From: a virus
Lineage: Duplodnaviria > Heunggongvirae > Uroviricota > Caudoviricetes
Reading direction: 5' to 3' (one strand)
DNA length: 11,890 nucleotides
IMG/VR virus record: IMGVR_UViG_3300019757_000006
The notes below the pieces were generated by a model. It was not told the DNA's origin and ran no database searches. It saw nothing but the letters and a program-made list of their open reading frames with translations. This document shows, in pieces, positions 1-6,179 of the stretch. Position numbers and translations under genes: made by a program. Positions within the stretch are counted from its first letter, which is position 1. Every line of letters begins with the position of its first letter.

Positions 1-2
1 CG

Positions 3-173
3 CCTACAGCTGGTGGTCAACCAGCTCAAAATGCAGCTCCAACTGGAGGTATTCAAATTGATAGTACTGATACTCAGTCTATTCAAGCTACAGCAAAATC
101 TGGATTTATCAGAACTGCTTTTAATGTAACTGGAACAACAACAACTACAATTATTGTAGCGTTAGGAGCTTAA
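3..173 (+). CDS. 3' end of an ORF truncated by the window edge (PTAGGQPAQNAAPTGGIQIDSTDTQSIQATAKSGFIRTAFNVTGTTTTTIIVALGA*), function unknown
   Basis: Not in the ORF track. Frame 3 is open from base 3 to TAA at 171-173 (56 codons). Codon style matches the downstream genes. Its last codons (TTAGGAG) form the SD for the ATG at 175. Confidence 0.8.
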   Translation, partial: PTAGGQPAQNAAPTGGIQIDSTDTQSIQATAKSGFIRTAFNVTGTTTTTIIVALGA

Positions 174-174
174 T

Positions 175-1239
175 ATGCCAACTAACAATGCAGGAACAAT
201 TAACGTTTTCGATAAAATTTATGAAGAGATTAGACATAGATATTCTCCAGAAAGTATTATTCCAGGTGCTTTAGATAATGATGCCTTAACTCAATATTTT
301 ACAAAAAAAGATTTTAAGATTTTAAAAAAATATAAAAACTATTACAATCAAAATATTTTGGTTATTATTCCAAACTTATCTCAAGCTTTTCCAATTCCAT
401 ATGTTGGTAGAAAAGTTGAGACAATTTACCATATTCAAGATTTAAGAGATTACTGTATTAGAACTACAGGAATTGATCCGATGACTGAAGAAGGTCAAGT
501 TGAGATTCATAAGATTCTTAGAAGAATCCAATCAAAAGAGATGAAACTTGCGGTTATCGGTTATGGTGGTGCAATGATTAACTTCTTATACAATACTTAT
601 TTATTAGCTTTTTTATCTAACTTTAATGAGCCAGTATTTAAAGAGATTTGTATTTTTGAAAGAGAGGCTATTTCATTTACAAATATTCTAAGACTTGGTA
701 AACCAGTTATCCTGGAATCGTTTTTAGATATTCAATTAAATGAAAGTGGTTCATTAAATAAATTGAATCTTCTTAGAGAAGAATATCAGTTAGCTGAAGA
801 GGTAACTCCAGTTGAGGATTATTTAACTTCAGACGAAGATTTAAAAGAATTAGTTGATAATGATTTTGTACTTATTGGTGCCCCTAACTTTGAAGCTAGA
901 AAATTACTCGAAGATACAAATTTCTTCTTCTTTGGTCATGCCAATAATGAATTAGAAATTTTCTATCAACCATTGGTAGATACAGAACTAACTTTTGAAT
1001 CTTATGGTAGTATTGATATTCCAGTACTTATTAGTAATATTGGAGCTGGTACTATTGAGATGTTAAAAATCTTAAGTGATTTCGATACTCAAAATCCAGG
1101 TTATGAAAAATCGGAATCGCTGTTCTGTATTGATTATGAAAAAGAAATGTTCCCAGACCAATACAACGCACGAATTGCCGCAGCAGCTCAAGCAGCAGCG
1201 GCAGCAGAAACACAAAATGAAACTCAAGGAGAAAATTAA
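175..1239 (+). CDS. Divergent ThiF/MoeB/E1-like (ubiquitin-activating fold) protein with an extra N-terminal region of about 125 aa
   Basis: Rossmann-type LAVIGYGG (GYGG at 559-570). IFEREAISFTNILRL aligns with the ThiF D-x-D-x-V-x-x-S-N-L-x-R motif. VLIGAPNFEARKLL aligns with the D-x-x-D-N-x-x-x-R strand. GAGTIEMLKIL aligns with the C-terminal E-x-x-K-x-L helix. No CxxC Zn motifs. SD AGGAG upstream. Confidence 0.65.
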   Translation: MPTNNAGTINVFDKIYEEIRHRYSPESIIPGALDNDALTQYFTKKDFKILKKYKNYYNQNILVIIPNLSQAFPIPYVGRKVETIYHIQDLRDYCIRTTGIDPMTEEGQVEIHKILRRIQSKEMKLAVIGYGGAMINFLYNTYLLAFLSNFNEPVFKEICIFEREAISFTNILRLGKPVILESFLDIQLNESGSLNKLNLLREEYQLAEEVTPVEDYLTSDEDLKELVDNDFVLIGAPNFEARKLLEDTNFFFFGHANNELEIFYQPLVDTELTFESYGSIDIPVLISNIGAGTIEMLKILSDFDTQNPGYEKSESLFCIDYEKEMFPDQYNARIAAAAQAAAAAETQNETQGEN

Positions 1240-2339
1240 TGTCGAAAATTTATATATCAGCTAGTACAGCTACAAGTTTACCGGTACTAGCAAAATCGGG
1301 AATGAAATCAAAGTCTCTTTGGCATTTAGCTTTAAAGGAAGAGGTATCTGATATCATTGAATCAGAAATTGGTGCTACGGTATTATCTGATAATCAATAT
1401 GGTGATGATGATGGTAATATCTATTATCCTTTATCTTCATTCGATTTATGGAATCAATCGCCTCAATTTGATGGTCCAAGCAATTATAGAAATAGTATTT
1501 CTAGTTTAATAGATATGTTAAATCCAGTAGTAAAAACTATTGGATTTGATCAAGATCAAGGTTTTGACTTAGAAGCTTTCTTATCTAACTTATGTACATT
1601 ACCAGATGTATATGGTTGTCTTTTAAAAGATAGAGATAATTCAGATTATATGATTAATCCACTACATCCATTAACGGCATTAGCAATTAAACTTGGACAA
1701 GTTAAATTACCTAAAAGAGGTAAGTTAATTATTTATAATTGGAAAGATAGAATTTTAAATAATTATAATATCAATGAAGATAATAATTATAAATCAAGTA
1801 TTGAGCAAGTATGGTTACAATTTATTGGTCAAAGTTCTAACTTTATTGGAAAGAAAGTTTCTGAAAGAAGATTAAATGTTTCTAAAAAAGATTATCTTGA
1901 TCAATTAGGTCATTATGATGCTTTAAAACAAGTTCAATTATTTGGTAATATTGAATATAAAGAGGTATCTGAAGTTGCAGATATTAAAATGATTTTAGTT
2001 CCTTTACAAGTTGCGGTTTCAAATATAGCTACTCCATTTTATGGTGTATCATATGTTAAAGATCCAGCAAGTAGTCCTAAAGGTAAAAACGCAGGAGTTA
2101 TGATTTCTGGGAATATTAAATATTCTGAGGGAAGTACAGATGGAACAGTTTGTACTGGTAGTCGAAGTAGTACAAGAGATACAGGTTGGTTAACTTTAAA
2201 TAGAGTAAACTTAGATAGTATGTTCTATAGTGAAATTATCTGTTCTGATAATAGAAACCTTATTGATCACGTATATACTTCAAAATATATTGCGAGCCAA
2301 TTCTATAAAGTTGAAGCAACTGAAGAAGGTGTTGAATAA
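1239..2339 (+). CDS. Hypothetical protein with a putative prokaryotic E2/UBC-like C-terminal domain
   Basis: SGNIKYSEGSTDGTVCTGS (2109-2159, Cys305 at 2151-2153) resembles the E2 N-[IV]...G-x-[VI]-C motif. The following LNRVNLDSMF resembles the E2 L-x-x-P-N-x-D-S segment. Lies next to the E1-like gene with a TAATG stop/start overlap at 1237-1241. Confidence 0.45.
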   Translation: MSKIYISASTATSLPVLAKSGMKSKSLWHLALKEEVSDIIESEIGATVLSDNQYGDDDGNIYYPLSSFDLWNQSPQFDGPSNYRNSISSLIDMLNPVVKTIGFDQDQGFDLEAFLSNLCTLPDVYGCLLKDRDNSDYMINPLHPLTALAIKLGQVKLPKRGKLIIYNWKDRILNNYNINEDNNYKSSIEQVWLQFIGQSSNFIGKKVSERRLNVSKKDYLDQLGHYDALKQVQLFGNIEYKEVSEVADIKMILVPLQVAVSNIATPFYGVSYVKDPASSPKGKNAGVMISGNIKYSEGSTDGTVCTGSRSSTRDTGWLTLNRVNLDSMFYSEIICSDNRNLIDHVYTSKYIASQFYKVEATEEGVE

Positions 2340-3514
2340 TGAGTACTACAACTTCATTTAATAATGTTCAGAGATTATCTTTAGCAGCTGCAACTCTTGT
2401 CTTAGAAGATGAGATTAACGCTGGTCTAGAAGGATACAGTAATTTGGTTCCAGTTATTGCTGGAGCTCCAGGTATTGGTAAATCAGCAGTTATTAAATGG
2501 TTGGCTGAAAAAACAGGAAAAGATTATATAATCTTTTCTTTAGGTGCTGTACCTTATGAGTATCTATCTGGTTTACCAGAGTTTACAAAAACAACTTATA
2601 ATAATAAGGAAGTAAATGCTACTGAGTGGACTTTGCCGGATATTATTAGAGCTGCTAATGAGGCAACTGAAGTTGCAATACAAAATGGGAAAAGTGGTTT
2701 AATTGTTCTATTAGATGATATTCATTTAATGGAACCAGCTGCTCAAAAATACATGTTTGAATTCTTTCAAAATAAAACTCTTCAAAACTATAAACTTCAT
2801 CAAAGAGCTTCTTTAGTAGGAGCAATGAATGATTCGGCTGCGGCTGGATTAGAAGGTTTTTATAGTGCTGTCTTAGATAGAATTAGTTTATATTTTGTAA
2901 AATTTGATTATGAATTCTGGTATGAAAATATTGGATTGCATTTAAGTCCAGTTATTGCAGCATTTGCAAAAACTCATGAAGCGTTGATTAATGGTGCAGA
3001 ATCGAAAGATGAGGTATCCGCAAGTCCAAGATCTTATTCTGAGTTAAGTGGTTTCTTAAATTACTTATTAGAAAGCAAAGGTGTTTCTCAACAAGATGCT
3101 AGTTTTAAAGCTAGTATGCAATCTAAAGCTTTAGGTACTATTGGTACAAAAGCAACTCAATCTTTAATTGAGTTCTTTGATAGTTTTGTGAAATACGATT
3201 TCTTAAAAATATTAGAAGATAAAGATGTTGAGTATGAAGTACCTGATGATCATATGGCTCAAATTGTAAATGCGTTTATTATTAGAGGTGTAACTTCTAA
3301 TACTGATGTTGATACAGTTATTGAAATCATGTTTAACAATAAAGATAAGTCCGTATTTTTTAGTACAATCCTATCTGAAATTGCTTTATCGATTCAAGAG
3401 ATGCCTAAAGTAGATGCTAGAAAGAAAAAAGTTCTTAAATATTTAAAAACACAAATTATGGCTAAAAATGATCCAGAAATAATGAGTGCTTTTATGGACA
3501 GTATGGGAGTTTAG
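2339..3514 (+). CDS. MoxR-type AAA+ ATPase (COG0714-like)
   Basis: Walker A GAPGIGKS (2462-2485). Walker B VLLDDI (DD at 2714-2719). Sensor I GAMN, arginine-finger AVLDRI and sensor II SPRSY (3023-3037). A vWA partner lies downstream. TAATG overlap with the upstream gene. Confidence 0.9.
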   Translation: MSTTTSFNNVQRLSLAAATLVLEDEINAGLEGYSNLVPVIAGAPGIGKSAVIKWLAEKTGKDYIIFSLGAVPYEYLSGLPEFTKTTYNNKEVNATEWTLPDIIRAANEATEVAIQNGKSGLIVLLDDIHLMEPAAQKYMFEFFQNKTLQNYKLHQRASLVGAMNDSAAAGLEGFYSAVLDRISLYFVKFDYEFWYENIGLHLSPVIAAFAKTHEALINGAESKDEVSASPRSYSELSGFLNYLLESKGVSQQDASFKASMQSKALGTIGTKATQSLIEFFDSFVKYDFLKILEDKDVEYEVPDDHMAQIVNAFIIRGVTSNTDVDTVIEIMFNNKDKSVFFSTILSEIALSIQEMPKVDARKKKVLKYLKTQIMAKNDPEIMSAFMDSMGV

Positions 3515-3862
3515 ATGACTATTCCCTCAGCCATAACAGCTGGAGTGGTACTAGAAAAAAATGAAAAAGGTCAAGCAGTTTCTTTAAGAGTCGATTTAGA
3601 TATCATCAATGATATATTTAAAATAATTGACGCTTGGAGAAAAGTTCAAGTATCTTTAAATCTAAATATAGATATAAAAGAAAAAGTGAATAGTTTAGAA
3701 AAAATTACTTTTGGTGCTGCTTTAGTTCAATTTGCTAAAAGCATAGATAAAGATATACAACTTATCCCAAGTATTACAATAGATGAAGATTCATTAACTC
3801 AAGATATTATTGAGTACATGAATTCACCAAAAAATAATACAGTGGAAGATCCAAAAAAATAG
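3515..3862 (+). CDS. Hypothetical protein (115 aa)
   Basis: ATG immediately follows the TAG of the ATPase. SD GGGAG at about -10. The stop lies inside the terminator hairpin. No recognisable motif. Confidence 0.75.
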   Translation: MTIPSAITAGVVLEKNEKGQAVSLRVDLDIINDIFKIIDAWRKVQVSLNLNIDIKEKVNSLEKITFGAALVQFAKSIDKDIQLIPSITIDEDSLTQDIIEYMNSPKNNTVEDPKK

Positions 3863-3887
3863 GAAGCCTTAGCTTCCTATTTTTTTT
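3853..3887 (+). terminator. Intrinsic (Rho-independent) terminator, potentially bidirectional
   Basis: Perfect 15-bp inverted repeat AAAAAAATAGGAAGC (3853-3867), loop CTTA, GCTTCCTATTTTTTT (3872-3886). T-run on the 3' side and A-run on the 5' side. Confidence 0.85.
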
Positions 3888-3917
3888 ATTAACATAATAA
3901 ATTTAAAAAGGAAAAAA

Positions 3918-5384
3918 ATGAATTTAAAAATAGAACCATCTACGATGGAGAAGAAAATTCTTGGTAGAATATTTGTAAGATTAATGCCATTATTAAAAAC
4001 AAGTTTTATTACAAAAGATAGTTTTATTGATTTATTCGAAATTATAAAAATTCTACCAGTGAATTTTAATCTCTATACTTATGAAGCATTACCTGAGGGT
4101 GTTAATAAAATTGACACTTTTTTGAGAGCAGAAAAGGATGGGGATATTAACAATTTATCTATAGAAATAAATATCTATAATAGAGATGGAGATGATTTCG
4201 AGGAACAATTAACAGAAATATTACATTCTCAAAAAGAATTAAGTACTATTTTAATTGGGTTAATGCAAGAACTATTATGTATATTACATAAATTTTTTCA
4301 TCCAATTAAAAGAGGAATTTATCTAGGTCAAATTAAAAGATTATATCCAAATAAAACTAGTGATGAACAATTAGCTATGCTAAGCGCTTGTATTAGAATA
4401 TATACTATTATTAGTCTATATGAAGGAATGTGTAATTCTGGAATTAAAAATCATTTACCAAAAAGCGAATTAATTAGTAATCATTTTGATCATTTGACTA
4501 ATGTTAGTTTAGATGAGGTAATTAAAAATATATCTCAAGTTAATATTAGTTTTAATGATATGTGGGAAAGAACTAAGCATATAACTATTGATACTGGATT
4601 GCATCAAAAAGAATATCTTGGTAGATTTTTTGCAATTGGTAATGGAGAAGATACTACTGTACAAGAAGCCGATTCTATTGTAGATTCCGTTTCTAGTGTC
4701 AGAAGTAATCTTACAGTTAAAATGGCTGGAAGTAGTTCAGCTAGAATGATGGATTTACTTGGAATTGAAATAGAAGTTGAGGTAGATTGGCTAGGAGATT
4801 TAACTAGTCTTATCTTAGAAGAAGCTTCTCATTATACTGCAAAGCAAGATATCTCGTATAGAAAAATAAAAAATAAATATAGGCATATCGCGAATCTACC
4901 TGGCCCTACTTTTTATGAAAATAAATTAAAGGTTATTTGCGTTGTGGATCAAAGTGGATCTGTATCAGATTATGAGTTAAGAAAGATAAATTTTGTAATG
5001 AAAAAATTATCTGAAAAAGCAAAAGAGTTCGATTTAATAGTTCACGATTATTCTATAGTAGCACATGAAAAATTCCGTGGTAGAACTATGGAAAATGATA
5101 TTGGTTCTTATATTCAAAAAAGAATGAGTTATGGTGGTACTTGTCATACCGACGTATTTCAAAGAATTGAGGAAGAATATATTCTTCCAGAAAATAGTAA
5201 ACATAAGTTTATAGTTCTTACTTTTAGTGATATGTATAGTAATATAGAAGCATTAACTAGTTCAGGACAATATACTTGGTGTGATCCAAGTTCTGGAGTT
5301 TCTAAATATTGGGTAACTACTCAAAAAGAAATTACATCCGTACATGGAACACATATTCATGTTGATAAAGGAGTTATAACATGA
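3918..5384 (+). CDS. vWA-domain protein with an N-terminal metallopeptidase-like region (DUF2201/COG3864-like), partner of the MoxR ATPase
   Basis: MIDAS VVDQSGS (DQSGS at 4947-4961), GGT (5133-5141) and terminal strand VLTFSD. The linker VDWLGDL...SYRKIKNKYRHIANLPG matches the family pattern W-x-x-x-L...S-[WY]-x-R...L-P-G. The HExxH position reads QELLC (4266-4280). SD AAGGA. Confidence 0.8.
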   Translation: MNLKIEPSTMEKKILGRIFVRLMPLLKTSFITKDSFIDLFEIIKILPVNFNLYTYEALPEGVNKIDTFLRAEKDGDINNLSIEINIYNRDGDDFEEQLTEILHSQKELSTILIGLMQELLCILHKFFHPIKRGIYLGQIKRLYPNKTSDEQLAMLSACIRIYTIISLYEGMCNSGIKNHLPKSELISNHFDHLTNVSLDEVIKNISQVNISFNDMWERTKHITIDTGLHQKEYLGRFFAIGNGEDTTVQEADSIVDSVSSVRSNLTVKMAGSSSARMMDLLGIEIEVEVDWLGDLTSLILEEASHYTAKQDISYRKIKNKYRHIANLPGPTFYENKLKVICVVDQSGSVSDYELRKINFVMKKLSEKAKEFDLIVHDYSIVAHEKFRGRTMENDIGSYIQKRMSYGGTCHTDVFQRIEEEYILPENSKHKFIVLTFSDMYSNIEALTSSGQYTWCDPSSGVSKYWVTTQKEITSVHGTHIHVDKGVIT

Positions 5385-5734
5385 TAATGACAATAGATGA
5401 TTTTGGGATTCTGCATCCCGAATTTGTAAAAAGATTTAAAATAGTTTTCGAATATGTTAACTTAAAAAAGGTAGTTAAATCAGAAGAGATGATAACTATC
5501 GAAGAATTCTGCGAGATACATTTGGATGGATTTGGCGGAGATTTAATTTCAGATATTATTAATGGTTTAATTTATGTATTTAATTTACCAGTATCTTTAA
5601 TAAAAGAAGATGAATTTGATATGTATGATGAATTAAAAGATTACCTTACTGATAGATTAGAAAATGATAATTATATCATGTCTGATAAATTAGATAAAGT
5701 ATTAAAAGCATTGCCTTATCTTAAGGATGACTAA
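5381..5734 (+). CDS. Small acidic hypothetical protein (117 aa)
   Basis: ATGA overlap with the vWA stop. SD AAAGGAG. About 26 D/E versus 13 K/R by manual count. The start could be the second Met at 5387. Confidence 0.75.
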   Translation: MIMTIDDFGILHPEFVKRFKIVFEYVNLKKVVKSEEMITIEEFCEIHLDGFGGDLISDIINGLIYVFNLPVSLIKEDEFDMYDELKDYLTDRLENDNYIMSDKLDKVLKALPYLKDD

Positions 5735-6108
5735 TGGCTTTATCTTTAAAGGTGCCAATTAATGAGTTATTAACTTATCCAAATATATTTTTAATAGAAG
5801 ATTTATTAGTAATATCAGTTGAGAAAGTACAAGAGGAATATATCTTTTATGGTATATCAAATAGTATATATAAAGCCCGTATTGAAACTACTGAAACAGA
5901 ATCCGAAGAGGCGACTGAAAAGACTATGGATATAAAGATACCATCTTCCAATGAAGAGATATCTAAATTAATAGAAACTAGTAGGTTTGCTATAAAATTA
6001 TTTAGTTTTAGTAATAATGAAATTCAGTTAGAGTTAGCGAATAAACTAACTGATAAATTAGCCAAGTATGATAAAATACAAAATTCATTAAAATTAAAAT
6101 CATTATAA
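5734..6108 (+). CDS. Hypothetical protein (124 aa)
   Basis: TAATG overlap at 5732-5736, AAGGA upstream, and it ends just before a terminator. No motif recognised. Confidence 0.75.
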   Translation: MALSLKVPINELLTYPNIFLIEDLLVISVEKVQEEYIFYGISNSIYKARIETTETESEEATEKTMDIKIPSSNEEISKLIETSRFAIKLFSFSNNEIQLELANKLTDKLAKYDKIQNSLKLKSL

Positions 6109-6140
6109 AAAACAGGAAGCCATTGCTTCCCGTTTTTTTT
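6107..6140 (+). terminator. Intrinsic terminator
   Basis: AAAAAAC-A-GGAAGC, loop CATT, GCTTCC-C-GTTTTTTTT. One A/C mismatch and an 8-T tail, directly after the TAA at 6106-6108. Confidence 0.8.
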
Positions 6141-6179
6141 ATTCTACCAAAAAAAAAATTAACACACAAGGACCATAAT

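Noticed and set aside
1076-1264. 62-aa + strand ORF from the track
   Set aside because: It lies almost wholly within the E1-like gene in another frame and overlaps the next gene's start. It has no SD and is best explained as a shadow ORF.
3512-3517. In-frame TAG-ATG junction suggesting amber recoding (code 15) or an ATPase-ORF fusion
   Set aside because: ORFs are long and unbroken under code 11, the ATPase is already a normal length for its family, and the downstream ATG has its own SD. Low-level read-through cannot be excluded without proteomics.
6149-6158. A10 homopolymer as a phase-variation tract
   Set aside because: It is intergenic, and A/T runs are common at this base composition. 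There is no frame to shift and no promoter evidence.
6123-6179. TTG start giving a 417-aa protein
   Set aside because: It falls in the terminator loop and poly-T/poly-A tract with no SD. The ATG at 6180 has a proper AAGGA.
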